From contig JAYWIR010000081.1 of assembly GCA_036172245.1 (NCBI GenBank), positions 248,001 through 312,000 on the forward strand: 64,000 nucleotides of DNA, in the 5' to 3' direction. The first letter of the stretch is position 1. Each line of letters starts with the position of its first letter. The DNA is from Raillietiella orientalis. Taxonomy: Eukaryota. A program made the translations under genes and the position numbers. Below, piece after piece: positions 22,966-35,580 of this stretch. Under the pieces are notes generated by a model, which worked only from the letters and a program-made list of their open reading frames with translations, made no database searches and was not told where the DNA came from.

Positions 22966-24720
22966 TTATTCCTGGGAAGATGGCGATGCGGCGTCCGCCA
23001 CCCGTTGGGGCGGGACGCTAGGTGGAGGAGGAGGGTCAGGCGCTGCGTGCACCTGGTCCCCCTCCTCCATGGGTAACGGCGCGTCGAGGGGGTCACCCTT
23101 AGGTGGGGTCGCGCCTACGTGTTGGCCCTCCTCCATGGGGGCGGGCTGTTCAGGCTCGGCGACTGCAGGGAGGACTTCGCCCCCCTGCTCACCCTCCTCC
23201 ATGGCGGTGGCCGGCTCGACGGCTTCCGAGCGTGGGAGTTCCCCCTCCGGGATTCCCACGCCACCGCTACCTTCCTGCTTCTCCTCCTCGCTGGTGGAGG
23301 GGAGGCGCCTCCTGGGTTTCTGGGACTTGCGTCCCGACTTCCTGGGGGGTGCCTCCGAGGAGGAGGATGCACTTCCGGCCCCCAGGTCCGACTCACCTGT
23401 GGGGGCCTTTTTCGCGGGAGCCGGCCTTCGCACGGCCTTGGGTGAGGGGTTCTCACGCTCCGCCAGCGTGGCCGCGAGCTCCTCCGCCGCCTTTGCGAAC
23501 GCGGCGTCCTCGGTGTCGACCGGCGCGTCGCGCGGCTCACCCTCTGTGTAAACAGAGGGTTCGCCGTCGCGAACCTCGGGCGCGGCGGAAACGGCGAGGG
23601 AAGGCTCGTCGCCCCGGGTGGCAATCTCGGGAACGGCTATGCGCTCCAGTGCTACCGTACACTCCCGCATGGTCTTAGAGCGCGGCCCAGGTTTTTTCGC
23701 CTTGCCGGCTGTCTTTTTTACTGCTTTTGCGGGTTCCGCGGGGGGCACCTTTTTCTCCTTCCTGGCCTTGACCAGCTGCCAGCCGTCTTGGACTCCCGCG
23801 TCTTCGGAGGGTTTTTCTTCCGACGCCTGTGTGAGAGGAACAGGGGCTAGCTGCTTCTGCCGGCCAGTATCTCTTTTTGGTCTTTCGACCAGTTTACTGC
23901 GTTTTGCCTGTGCTTTTTTTGCAGCAGGCGGCACCGGAGTGGGGCGTTTAGGGCATACGCGGCGTACGTGGCCCTTCTCCCCGCATAAGTGGCACACAAT
24001 GTTCGGGCACCGCTTGCGCAAGTGTCCTACTGCATTGCAGTAGCCACAAAAGCGGGGTTTCCCCACGTACCAGAGGTCTACGACTTCTTCATTGACCTCT
24101 AGTTTGTGGGGAAGCCCACTCTCCTTCACCGTCACGCGCGCGGCGGCCTGCCCTCCGAAAAGGCTATCGTAGCCATCGAAGATTGTGGCCTTTGGCCATA
24201 GCGCGTGAACATCTCCATATTTTCTTAACTGATCACCAACCGCAGACCGCGTCATACGGCTGGTGATCCCTGTCAGATGGACCACTACGGAGCGGTCCAT
24301 CGTGACTGGTAGGATCTTGCGTCCGTCCACGTTCAGCGGGGTGGTTATCAAGCTTTGCGCCAAGGTGATGTCCTTGCAGACAACCTCAACGCGCTGACCC
24401 CCGCTTAGCACGGATAGACCGTCAAGGTCCTTTTCCAATACGTTGGCGTTCTGCAGCGCTTTCGAAAAGACGCGTGCAGTTCGCCCGTCAAAGAGATTGC
24501 CTACCTGGTAAACCAAGCTGGGCTTGTACCCAGCTGCCCGGTAGGCCGCCATCTCGGCCATGGTTTCCGCGCTCGGCGCGGCCACCATGGCGCTCCAGCT
24601 CCTCGCCTTGAGCGGCGAGGGCGATTCCGGGGCGGACGCCCCTGATTCTGTAGGCTGTGGGGGTGGGCAAGCCTCCCCCACACCTACCTCCATCGTGGTG
24701 TCCTCAGGCATCGCTGCCAT
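22966..24720 (-). CDS. ORF1 protein of family A (nucleic-acid chaperone with two CCHC zinc knuckles and acidic disordered tail)
   Basis: Open frame from MAAMPEDTT; CGYCNAVGHLRKRC and CHLCGEKGHVRRVC; C-terminal MEEG(E/Q/D) repeats. Confidence 0.9.
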   Translation of the reverse strand: MAAMPEDTTMEVGVGEACPPPQPTESGASAPESPSPLKARSWSAMVAAPSAETMAEMAAYRAAGYKPSLVYQVGNLFDGRTARVFSKALQNANVLEKDLDGLSVLSGGQRVEVVCKDITLAQSLITTPLNVDGRKILPVTMDRSVVVHLTGITSRMTRSAVGDQLRKYGDVHALWPKATIFDGYDSLFGGQAAARVTVKESGLPHKLEVNEEVVDLWYVGKPRFCGYCNAVGHLRKRCPNIVCHLCGEKGHVRRVCPKRPTPVPPAAKKAQAKRSKLVERPKRDTGRQKQLAPVPLTQASEEKPSEDAGVQDGWQLVKARKEKKVPPAEPAKAVKKTAGKAKKPGPRSKTMRECTVALERIAVPEIATRGDEPSLAVSAAPEVRDGEPSVYTEGEPRDAPVDTEDAAFAKAAEELAATLAERENPSPKAVRRPAPAKKAPTGESDLGAGSASSSSEAPPRKSGRKSQKPRRRLPSTSEEEKQEGSGGVGIPEGELPRSEAVEPATAMEEGEQGGEVLPAVAEPEQPAPMEEGQHVGATPPKGDPLDAPLPMEEGDQVHAAPDPPPPPSVPPQRVADAASPSSQE

Positions 24721-24815
24721 CGGACACCAACGATGTTCCACACCAAACAGCACAAGAAAAAACCGCTTCCTGTCGACTCACTCGGGAGCGAAGGAAACAC
24801 ACGTCCACTCGCCAA

Positions 24816-27800
24816 GGGATTCGGCGGAGGGCTGAGGAACGACCGGGCATACCAGCACGCTCATCTTTACCCTAGGACTCATGACGTTCGACGCCTGGCG
24901 GAGTATACAGCTGGGGCTGAGCGACAGACCTGGCGATCCGGGTCGGCCAGCTTGCTGGACTTCCAAGGCCAGGAATGCTCAGCTCCGGCGAAAATAAACC
25001 GCATCCTGCAAGAGTATTACTCCTCCTCGTACGCGGGTAGAACAACAGAGCGCGCCGTTGCGTAGCGCTTGCTGCTGCAAGGCGCCTTCGCGCTACAGGA
25101 GGAGCAGAAGCATGAACTTGAGGAGCCATTCCCGATGGCGGTGATCATCTCCGCCATCGGAAAGCTCAGAAAGAGGAAAGCACCAGAAGAACACGGTCTG
25201 CCCGCGGAGATCTATCGAGGCTTCGTGGCAAAGCCGGCCTTCTTAATGCATCGGCTTTGCATGCTGATCCGAGAACAAGGGGACGTCCCCAAATCGTTCC
25301 GGTCAGCTAGAGTACGTCTCCTGCAGAAAAACGGAGACAATCGCAACGTAGGCAACTGGCGTCGCATTACAGTAGTGAATGCGGATGCGAAATTGCTTGC
25401 CAAGATTTTAGCTGAGCGACTCGGACGTGTGGCGGAATCCGTGGTGAGACCGAAGCCGACATACGCTGTTTCCGGACGAAGCATGGAAGGCAACCTGTTC
25501 CTTGCCAGTACATGTTGGCAGTTGCAACAAAGCGAAGACCAGGGAGATCATGAGAATCCTGAATTCTGCTCTGACCAGGGAGGGTTCGCCATTCATGGAA
25601 GAGCCGCGCCCGGTGCCCTTGCGGTCGCAGTCCATCTGCGCAAAGGTTCGATTGCGTCGAAAAGCAACTCCTTGTGGAGCTCCAGAAACGCTCGGGATTT
25701 CCGGCCATCTTCCGGGATTACCTGCGCTCCTGCTGGCGCTTCGCTCTAATAAACATCTCTTCTAGGGCCGGCACGTGTACGCCCTGCCGGTTCGGCGTGG
25801 CATAAGGCAGGCTGACAGTCTGAACCCCTTGCTCTTGAGCATCTACTTAGAGCTGGTGTTGAGGGCACACAAGCAGACTTTTGCAACCCTGCCAGGCTCG
25901 TGTCCCGGCACGCCTGCCGTGTCGGCCTACGCCGACGACCTTCTGCTCCTGCTCCCCGGGTCCACCACGGAGTCGGCGCTCGAAGATTTCTTTGAGTTGC
26001 TGCGCCGCGGGACGGGCCTCGAGGTGAACAGAGAGAAATCCACAATCGTTCCTACATCACCACTGCTTTGTGAATACACGGCGTGGGCCGGAAGGTCGGA
26101 CTCGAATCGCTTGGGGATCCCCACGGGCCGGTGCTTCAAGTACCTCGGCGTTCCGTTTGGGGACTTCTGCGTTGCAGAAGCCTGGTCCGACCATCTCCAA
26201 AAGGTGGAGTTGGCGTTCGGCCGGTTCCAGAACTGCAAGTTTTACTTGCAGGAACGGGCCGCGGTGTGGAACGTGTTCGCGGCCCCCCTCCTTCGCCCCT
26301 TACTTTTTGTTTGCTTCGCTCCTCTCTTCATACAGAGACGGACCAAAGCCCACTTGAGGGCTGCCATTTCGAACACAGCGTGGTCGCGAGACCGATTGAA
26401 ACACTTGTGCGCTCCACGCAGGGATGGTGGCTTGGGCCTTCTTACGTTGGAGCGCATCCAACTTCAAACACGAATTCGAAAGTTAGCCCTTGCGGCTAGC
26501 TTATGGATGACGCCATTGTGGGATCCGGCACGGCTCCTCGCCAGAAGAGCGACCGGCTGCGAAGGATTGTCCTTGATCTTCGTGGCCTACCAGCGCAGTC
26601 TCTCCAACTGTGGCACTTATTCGCGCCAAATTGTGGCACTTATTCGCGCCAAATGGTCGCCCTGATGTGGGAGAATACCTGGATCTCCTGCCTTCCCGCG
26701 AACTGCACTGCCTGGCTTCAGGAGTCAGCATCCGCGTGGGCGAAGATGAACAGCACGAGCAAGGCGGAATGCAACTGCCTACGACGAGGAACTTACGTTC
26801 GACAGCCGCTGCAGGATATTATCAACACGCCCCGGAAGTTTCTGTGGGCTTCTTTCAACCCCCTTGCTCCCGTTCTGTCCTCCCTAAAAAGCACTAGGAG
26901 CAGCAACCAGCGGGCATAGTGGGAAGTGTCCTGCCTAATCCGAGGCAGGAAAAAACCTTTAAAGGCGTGAACGACTGGGGAGCTAACGGACGCTGCCATT
27001 CCGAGCGTCCCGCCTCACGGACTTGCGCGCTGAAGAGAGCTGCTCGCAATACCTCCGGAGGAGGTGAAGTGGTCCCCAGCGTTTTGGGATTGCGGCACAC
27101 TTCCGTTGAAGTGGCAGGAGACGGCGTTGCTATTTCTGCACTGGAGACTGTGAAGCAGAGCACGCCTTTCTTAATGGACACTGTGGAATGTGGATGCTCG
27201 CTCTGTGGAGTGCGGTGAAAGAGAAACCTTCCCGCATCTCACCCTCGAGTGTGTCGTCCTGGATGGACTCTGGATTCGAATCGCCCCAATCCTTCATCTT
27301 CCAGTAGGCGACCATAAGGACATTTATCGTCGCCTCTTTCTGCGTGACGGTCTGCGCTCCGCTGCGTCTCAAGCAGTCCTCTGCTGCGTGCGCGGGATTG
27401 CGCAAAGGTGGCACGCAAGAAGAAGAGGCTCAAGATGCATGGACGCCATCCAATGGACGGCGATGTCTTTAGAGACGGCGACAAGGTGGCGTGTACCTTT
27501 CACAATAAAAACCGAACTTGACTGCATCCTCAACAGGATGCGAAGGAACGAACCAGGTGCACAGTGATCCCTTTTCTACCCTCCACCTCCCCATAGAACA
27601 GTTTCTCTCCCCGTTATTCTCTTTTTTGTTTTTTGTTTTCCCTTTCCTCTTTCCCAGCGCCTGGGTAGGGAACCTCGCCGGTCTGGAGACTGAGTAGCGA
27701 GTACATTGTAGCGTGGGACAACTCAGTGTTGCTCCACAGAAAACATTTTTTAAAGTCTTTATGATCTAATTTTTGTAACAAATTAGAATAATAAATGCCC

Positions 27801-27819
27801 CGGCATATCCGTGTGACAA
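24816..27819 (+). mobile_element. Element X (possibly family C): decayed ORF2 from the GFG linker to the 3' end; host of the family A array
   Basis: GFGGGLRNDRAY..., YADD, KYLG, CGERETFPHL; stop 27567; terminal AATAAATGCCCCGGCATATCCG; 23-bp tandem duplication at 26609-26654 causes a frameshift. Confidence 0.9.
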
Positions 27820-27831
27820 ACGGCGGAGGCA

Positions 27832-28450
27832 ATTGTTGTGCGCTCCGTGGATAGGAAGTTATTGGTTTGGTGTTTCGTGTGTTTGTCGCGGCCGTTGACA
27901 GGCAGAAATGCCTGTGAATTCCGCAGATTTAGGTAAGGGAGGCGGGAAGACCGTGTCTCCCAAGCCAAAGGAGGTGGGATCACGCCCCACCACTACTTCT
28001 GAACCTTACCTTGCCACTACGGAAAGGGTTTTAAGCGCGGTGGTAGCAGCGAAAACGCCCAATGTCGCCGCCGAAATACAATCCTACATCCAAAAGGGCT
28101 ACAATCCGGCCCTCCTGTACAAGGTAGGAAATTTATATTCCCCGTTGAAGGCGCGAAAGTTCGGCAATGCCATCAAAAAGATGGGCATTGCCGACCATGA
28201 AATTCTTTGCCTGTCAATACAAAGCGGAGGGTAGTTGGCGGAACTCAACTGCAAGGATGCAGCTCTCACCCACAAACTGCTCTGCACGCCCGTACAATTT
28301 GAGGGCAGGAATTTACTTTCCCACACGGTGGACCACTCCATTGTGGTTCACCTTCTCGGGACAACAGTTCGGATGGATGAGAACGCCATCCGCGCTGAGC
28401 TTGAAAAATTCGCAAGGGTTTTCGCAATGTGGCGAAAGCCCAACACCTTC
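27832..28450 (+). mobile_element. Family C copy 2, 5' part of ORF1, interrupted by antisense element G
   Basis: MPVNSADLG... closely similar to 34356 onward; breaks after WRKPNTF. Confidence 0.9.
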
Positions 28451-30356
28451 AAAGTAATTTCCACCCGGGTAATCCCGGGAAGTTTATTAAAAAAACATTC
28501 CACAAACGTGGTATTAGGCCCCACTAACGGCCACACAACACCGGACCTGCCGAGACGCAGGGACGCAGGACGACGTGGCTCTCCTCGGCAGTGGAAGGGA
28601 TGGGGGAGAAAACAAAAAGAAAAATAAAAAGTAAGGAAAACAAAATGAAGTTGAAGGGCTGGGAAGGGATTACTTTGCACTGGAAGGAGGTCCCATCCTT
28701 CGAAGGAAGCCCTTTAAGTCCATCCGAATTGTGCCCAGCTGGGGCCATTCAGAAGCTCTCGTCAGGAAGGGAACAGCATACCTGATGACGTCGCTGTCGT
28801 TCTGGTACACATCTTCGTCGCGTGTATCACTCCACGCCGCCACGATGCCACGGATGCAGCATAATGCTGCCAAGGCTGCGACTGGCTGCAGGGCGTCCCG
28901 CACAAAGAGGAGGCGGAAAACGTTCCTGGGCGCTCTCCCCGTAGGGAGCCCTAGGATCGTCCTAAACCGTCCCACAGGGGTCGAAGAACAGCACCGTCAA
29001 CAAGAAGGTGGGGGAGCGATTCCCTCTCCACACACCGTGCACAATCAGGATTTACTCACCCCCAGGTCCCTCGTCCAACAATATCCCTCGTCCTGAGTTA
29101 CGGTAGGAGACTTGCCACTTCGGCGTGCGGCCGCTGGTAAGAGTTCTATACAGAAAGGGCAGCGCCGTAGCTAAAGGGTTGGTCTCCTCCCACGTGCTTC
29201 TGGCGGGACACTGCAAAGTGGACAGCAGAGTGCAGCAGGCGTTACTGCCGAATCGCAGGCGGTTCCAGTTTTCCTCTCTGGTGTTGTTCAACTTTGCACA
29301 CGTTCCAACGGTTTCCTTCAACCAGGCGGAAGAATTGGCGGGGCTGCATACTATCCAACCTTTCTCTCTTACCAGGGCTTCCATACGTCCGAGAAAGAGG
29401 CCGCATCTTCTAACCTTCCGGCCGCGGCACACAAGATGGGACGCGAGCCCTTGCGTATCGGAAACACGGCTGGCAACGAGGCCAGAACGCACCAAGGGGT
29501 GTTCCACAACTTCGCTGAGATAGCCAAAGTGCGCCATCGCAGCTGGATCTCCAAGCGCTCTAGCGTCAGAAGGCCGAGACCACCGTCCGGACGAGGAGCG
29601 TTTATGTCTTTCAAGTTAAATCGGAGTCTTCCGCTGCCCCAATGGGCAATACGGAGGACCTCCTTGGTCCGTTTTTTCGACAGGGTAGGGACTGGGCAAA
29701 CAAAAAGTAGAAGGCGTAGGATGGGGGCCGCGTATGCGTTCCAAACCGCGGCCCCTTCCGGCAGAAGGAACTTGCCTTCCAGGAACAGGCCGATCGCGAG
29801 CTCTAACTTTAGGAGACGACCAGACCAGTCATCTGCTAAGCAGAAGTCCCCCAACATGACACCCAGGTACTTCAGGCACCTGGCCGTGGGGATCTACAAG
29901 CGGTTCCAGTCAAGCCGTCCGACCCACGTCGCACCAACCGCTACTATCGATGACTTCGCCTTGTTAACACGCAGTCCAGACCCGCGGCTTAGCAGATCGA
30001 AGAAATCCTCGACTGCGGCTGCCGTGGTGGACATGGGCAACATCAGCAGAAGATCGTCGGCGTATGCTGCAACAGCGGCCGTGCCGGGGCAAGAGCTCGG
30101 TAAGGCGGCCAAAGTCACCCTGTACGCTCTCAGCACGAACACAAAGTAGGTGCTAAAGAACAGGGGACTGAGGCTTTCGCCCTGCCGTATGCCCCGCCGC
30201 ACCGGCACGCCGTACGCTGCGATTCCCCTGTAATGAACATTAATCAGCGCGCAGCGCCAGCATGAGCGCAGGTAGGAGAGAACAGACGGTGGGAAGCCCA
30301 TGAGACCCAATAGCTGCAGCATAAGATCCTGGTCTACGCAGTCGAACGCCCTATGC
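28451..30356 (-). mobile_element. Element G (A-related): RT motif HRAFD to the 3' end; interrupted by element F
   Basis: AFDCVDQDL, RQGESLSP, YADD; 3' UTR similar to family A; terminal AATAAA + CCCGGG-ATTA-CCCGGG (28464-28479). Confidence 0.9.
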
Positions 30357-31545
30357 GCTCGAGGGCGGACGTGTTTTCTCGGTGCTCCTTGTGCCAGGAA
30401 GTCTCCCCCAGTGCAAGCGTCGTGCGGTTCGGTGGTCGATCAGACAGGGATGCATAACGTGAACACCAAGGATGGCCAGGGGGCAGAGGCAACGTCGCAC
30501 CCAGTGGCGATGGGAAGCCAAGGTGCGGCGGCGACGTCGGCCCTAGAGGCAATGGAGTTGAAGGAATCCGCCCCCACAGAATCGATCATCGCTGCAGCGC
30601 GGGCATGGAGAGCCGTTGTGTCGGCGCCATCGCCTGCAGCCGCGGCGGAATTGCCGGCCTATGTGAAGGAGGGGTATAACCCCCTAAAGTTCTACAATGT
30701 AGGCAATCTCTATTTTTTTGAGAGCGCGCGCGCCTTTTCGAAGGGCATGCGCGCTCTCGATGTAAAAGAGGAGGAGATCAGCGGTATGACCATCCGCAGC
30801 TAGGGTCAGTACGTTGAGGTCAACTGCAAACAAGCAGAGCTGGCCCAACGACTTCTTAAAACCCCCGTTGTGATGGCAACGCTCAGGCTCCTCCTCACTA
30901 CGGCGTACCGCAGCATGGTGGTCCACCTGTTAGGTGTAACCGCGCGAATGCGCAAAGAACAGGTTCGCGCCGCTCTAGAACAGTTTCGAACGGTCAACGC
31001 GAAGTGGACGGAAGTTAGTCCCTTCAAGGACTACACGGGACTGCAACACGGCCTCACGGCTGTGCTCGTGACCGTTCAGAAGAACTGCACCCTTCCCCCC
31101 AAAATGGTGGTCGAAGGCGGAACCGTTTACCTCTGCTATGTGGGGAAGACAAAATACTGCGGCTTCTGCAATACGTCGGGCCACCTCAAAAAGAGGTGTC
31201 CCAAAGTGCAGTGCCAAGTATGCGGCACAATGGGTCACCCGAGAGAGGTGTGCTCAAAAGCAGCAGTGCGGGTGGTTTCCAGGAGAAACCTTAAAAAACG
31301 TGCCCGGCTTCTGCGGAACAGGCTGGCGGCCAAAGCTGCCGCGAAGGCTGTGCCAGCCGCGCCCAAGGCCCAGGCCGCACCCGAGATCCCGGCGAACAAC
31401 GCCGAAAAAGTTGAAGGAGCCGTCCAGGAGACTGGGTGGCAAGTGGCAACGGCCAAAAAATCAAAGAAGGAGAGAAGGATGGAGCTCGCGTACCGCAAGA
31501 ACAAACAGCAGCCAAGCGAGCACATTAAAGAATGCAGCGTTATCG
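30357..31545 (+). mobile_element. Element F: 5' end and ORF1 (stop and frameshift), interrupted by antisense element H
   Basis: 5' GGACGTG motif; CGFCNTSGHLKKRC and CQVCGTMGHPREVC; breaks at IKECSV. Confidence 0.88.
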
Positions 31546-34277
31546 TTTATTACCCGGTTGTGCCGGGACGTTTATTAAAATATCAACTAAGAACTGTGTT
31601 CCCAGGCAAGGGGAACAGAAAATGGGGAGTGGATTTCCCGGAACGCAGTCCGGGCACACGGAGAGTTCGGAACGGGAGGGGGTGGGACAATAAATAAATA
31701 GACTGGGTGGGAGGGCGGGGACAGGGGTATACAGTCTAACCGTTCCTATTCTCAGAACCGGCGGTGAATGCCAACGATCTCCGTCCTCAATTCTGCTCCA
31801 AGATGTGGCCACCCGGCAGCCATTTGCAGGTTGCAGGCTGTGGTGTCGGGGACCGATGTTCGGACTGCTCGCATCTGCAATACGTGGCGGGCCCTGACAA
31901 TGGCGCGGACGCAGCAGATGATTGCGACGACCGCTCCAAGAGAAAGTTCGCCACGCGTGTAGAAGCGGCGCATCCAATCCAGTGCGGTGTGTCCAGGGTG
32001 CAGGAGCGCTGAAGACAGCCGCTGCCGCAGCTCCTGAAGGGCACCGCACTCAAACAGCAAATGCGGAAGCGAATCCACCGCTCCGCATTAGGCACAGTTC
32101 GGGGACGCAACTACCCCGGAAATCAGGTGCGCCCGCTGGTTGCAGTACAAACCCCAATGCACCAGCAGAAAAGCGTCCTGCTTCCACCGAAGGGGGAAGA
32201 GAGTCGCGTCCAAACACACAGAAGGGACCACAAGTTCATCGGTGGGCACCCCGAGGAGCTCACTCCACCGGAGAAGCCCCTTTGCAAGAATGCGAGGTGT
32301 GGCAGCGTCTGCCACTTCGCAAGTCCGCCAGCCGCCCAGCAGTCGTTTTTCGCCTGCCATTTCGCAAGTGATCTCCCACTTCGCCGGCAGGTCACTGTCA
32401 TCTCGCACCATCAGTATACACAGTGCTTCGGCGAGTGGCGTAGCGGCTAGGCGTGTCCACTGGTCCTGGTCTTCCAGCACCTCCCCATACTGTCCAGTGG
32501 GGAGGTGCTGGAAGTTTCACGCAACGGAGTTCCAAACGGGACACATCCTGTTGCGCTGCCCAGGACGATAAGGCTTCCTGCCTCCAGGCGTTGAAGTTTG
32601 TCGGCCGGCAGGAGATCCACTCATGCTTCAACAGAAGCGTGGAGAGCTGCTTCAAAGGGAAGCCGAATCCTCTCTGGGCGCGCTCCGTGCGCAGATGCAA
32701 CGAACGTAGTCCGTCGCCACCCGTGCTGCGCGGCAGCAGCAGCCGCGCTGGAGCACACCGGGGAGTAGTCCAGAGCTGCGCACAAAGTGCCAGCATGCGG
32801 AACTGCACTAGCAGTCGGATCCGCTCCAGCGTCAGGATGCCCAATCCTGCATCCCGCCGAGGAGCCGCCAAGTCCTTCAGGCGTATCCTGGACCTCGGCG
32901 GTCCCCACAGGGCGTTACGCAACAGGCGTTACGCCCGGCTCTTAGCCGAGTTGGTAGGGGGACAAACAAAAAAGAGGAAACGGAGCAGGGGGGCATCCAA
33001 AATGTTCCTCACGAAAGCCCGTTCCGACAGGAGAAACCTGCAGCCTTTGAACGAACCCAGAGCAGTCTCGGCCTTGTGAAGGCAGTCCGACCACGCTTCT
33101 GCTGGACAGAAGGCGCCCAAGGGAACGCCAAGGTACTTCAAGCACCTGCCCGTGGGGATCCTCAGTCGGATCCATTCGGACTGCCCCTCCCACGTAGAGC
33201 TAACCGGTACAACGATTGATTTCGTCCTGTTTACGCTCAGGCCCGCTCCCCGACGAATGAGCTCGAAGAAGTCCTCGAGCCTGGACGCCGGGGAGGACAT
33301 GGGCAGCAGCAGGAGAAGGTCGTCAGCAGAGGCGGCCACGGCCGCTGTTCCCGGGCAGGAGCTCGGCAGGTTGGCCAGCGTCAGCCTGTACGCCCTCAGC
33401 TCCAACTCAAAGAAGATGCTGAAGAGCAGGGGGCTTAAGCTGTCTCCCTGCCTGATACCCCACCGTATGGGAAAACCGTACACGTGACGGCCTCTGAAAG
33501 AGATACAGCATAACGGGTGGCGCCAGCCGGAGCGCAAGAAGGCGATGAGGTTCGTCGGGAGGCCAAGGCGTCCCATAAGCTCCAGAAAAAGGTGCTGGTT
33601 TACGCTGTCGAACGCTTTAGAGAGATCGACGGCGACCGCTAAGGCTCCCGGCGTTTTATTGTGCCTTGAACACCGCCGCTTTCTTTTGGCTGCAGCGATT
33701 TTGGCTGCCTGGCTCTGCTGCGCCAGGCGCTGCTGCAACTCGAACCATGTTCGCGCGAGGAAAAGATTCGCGTCCATGGACCGCCCCGGAACTGCATACG
33801 TCTGCTCCGGACTCACCAAGGACTTTGCGATTCTCCCCGAGCGCGCGACCGATAGCCTGGGGAACAACTTGACGTCCGAATTCACCAATGTGATCGGAAG
33901 CCAGTTGCTGAGGTGGCGCAAATCACCGCCTTTCGGCAGGAGCCGCACCTTTGCTGAGCGGAAAGAAGCGGGAACATCTCCCGTCTCACGCATCCGCGAG
34001 GAAAGGCTTAGCACCAGGGGGACGAGCTCCGCCGCGAAGCATCGTAAGAACTCCGCGGGCAGGTCATCCTCGCCAGGCGCCTTACGCCTCTTCAGGCCCG
34101 CTATGGCAGAAGATACTTCTTCCGCCGTGAAGGTCCAATCCAATCTGGTGCGTTCCTCCTCGTCGATAGCAGGGTTTCCCGTCGGAAGAAGCAGCTCGGA
34201 GAGACTGAGTTCCGTGGGCTTCTCCGATGTACAAGGCGGAGTAGTAGCGCTTGACTACGCGGTGCACGGCGGACGCA
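31546..34277 (-). mobile_element. Element H (B-related): ORF2 from the linker to the 3' end; interrupted by family C
   Basis: ORF 32929-34143 with DLSKAFD, RQGDSLSP, SADD, KYLG; terminal AATAAA + CCCGG-CACAA-CCGGG (31553-31567). Confidence 0.9.
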
Positions 34278-35489
34278 CTTGTTGCGCGCTCCTTGGATAG
34301 GGAGTTTTTCTTTCCTGGTGTTCCGTGTGTGTTTCGCGGCCGTTGACAGGCAGAAATGCCTGTGAACGCCGCAGTTTCAGGTGAGGGAGGCGGGAAGACC
34401 GCGTCTCAAAAGCCAAAGGAGGTGGGATCACGCCCCACCACTTCTTCTGAACCCGCCACTACGGCGAGGGCCTGGAGCGCGGTGGCAGCGGCGGAAACGC
34501 CCGATGTCGCCGCCGAAATTCAATCCTACATCCAGGAGGGCTACAATCCGGCCCTCCTGTACAAGGTAGGCAATTTATATTCCCCGTTAAGGGCGAGAAA
34601 GTTCGGCAATGCCATCAAAAAGATGGGCATTGCCGACCATGAAATTCTTTGCCTCTCTATACGGAGCGGAGGGCAGTTGGCGGAGCTCATCTGCAAGGAT
34701 GCAGCTCTTACCCACAAGATGCTCTGCACGCCCGTACAATTTGAGGGCAGGAATTTACTCCCACACACGCTGGACCACTCCACTGTGGTCCACCTAACAG
34801 GGACAACAGTGCGGATGGATGAGAACGCCATCCGCGTGGAACTGGAAAAATACGCAAGCGTTTTCGCGATGTGGAGAAAGTCCAACACTTTCGGAGTGAA
34901 TGGTGCATTTAGTGGGCGAGTAGGCGCGCGCGTGACGCTTCGAGAAAAAGTACAGCTTCCCCACAAGCTCCAAATTGGCGACGAGTTCGTCGACATTTGG
35001 TTTGCGGGGAAACCTAAATTTTGTGGAAACTGTAAGTCGTTCGGGCATTTGAAAAAACGGTGCCCGGACGCGGTTTGCCCAACGTGCGGCGCGAAGGGCC
35101 ACACCAAAGTGGTGTGCCCGATGAACGTCGCTCCAACGCCGGAACTTCCGCAAAAGAAGGCAGGGAAGGCAAAAATAGTAATAAACCCCACAAAAGGGGA
35201 TCAACCGTCGGCTCCGACAAAAGTCGCGCAGCAGGAAAGGGACTCGGTAAAGGAGCTCCCGGAAAAGACTGCCGACGAGGAAGGCTGGCAGCTGGTCACC
35301 CGTAAAGTAAAAATCGTTAAAAAAACCGCGCCCGCACCGGCGAAAGTGGTGAAGGGCAAGGGGAAGGTCGCGCCATACCCAACAATCAAAGCGTGCAGCG
35401 TGGCCATCAAACGCGTGCCGGCGATCGATACTCGCTCCGCTGACGGATCGATGCGTTGTGACGTCACGCCAGCTGTTCAACCCGCCGCC
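34278..35489 (+). mobile_element. Family C copy 1: 5' UTR and open ORF1 (from 34356), truncated by the family D array
   Basis: CGNCKSFGHLKKRC and CPTCGAKGHTKVVC; frame ends at VQPAA where the D 5' end begins. Confidence 0.92.
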
Positions 35490-35580
35490 TGAGAGGGTGG
35501 ACGAGCTTTTGTGGTGCTCCGCGTTTTTCTCGCGAGTGTTTTCGGTGTTTTCAGCTGTGAGCGGTTGTTCCTGGGCAGAG

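Larger units (their letters stand above)
19167..24815 (-). mobile_element. Family A copy 1, full-length Tx1-type element
   Basis: Flanked by GGGATTCGGCG (19156-19166 and 24816-24826); ORF1 intact; ORF2 complete but with two frameshifts (~21570, ~21140); terminal AATAAA + CCCGGG-CGTA-CCCGGG. Confidence 0.95.
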
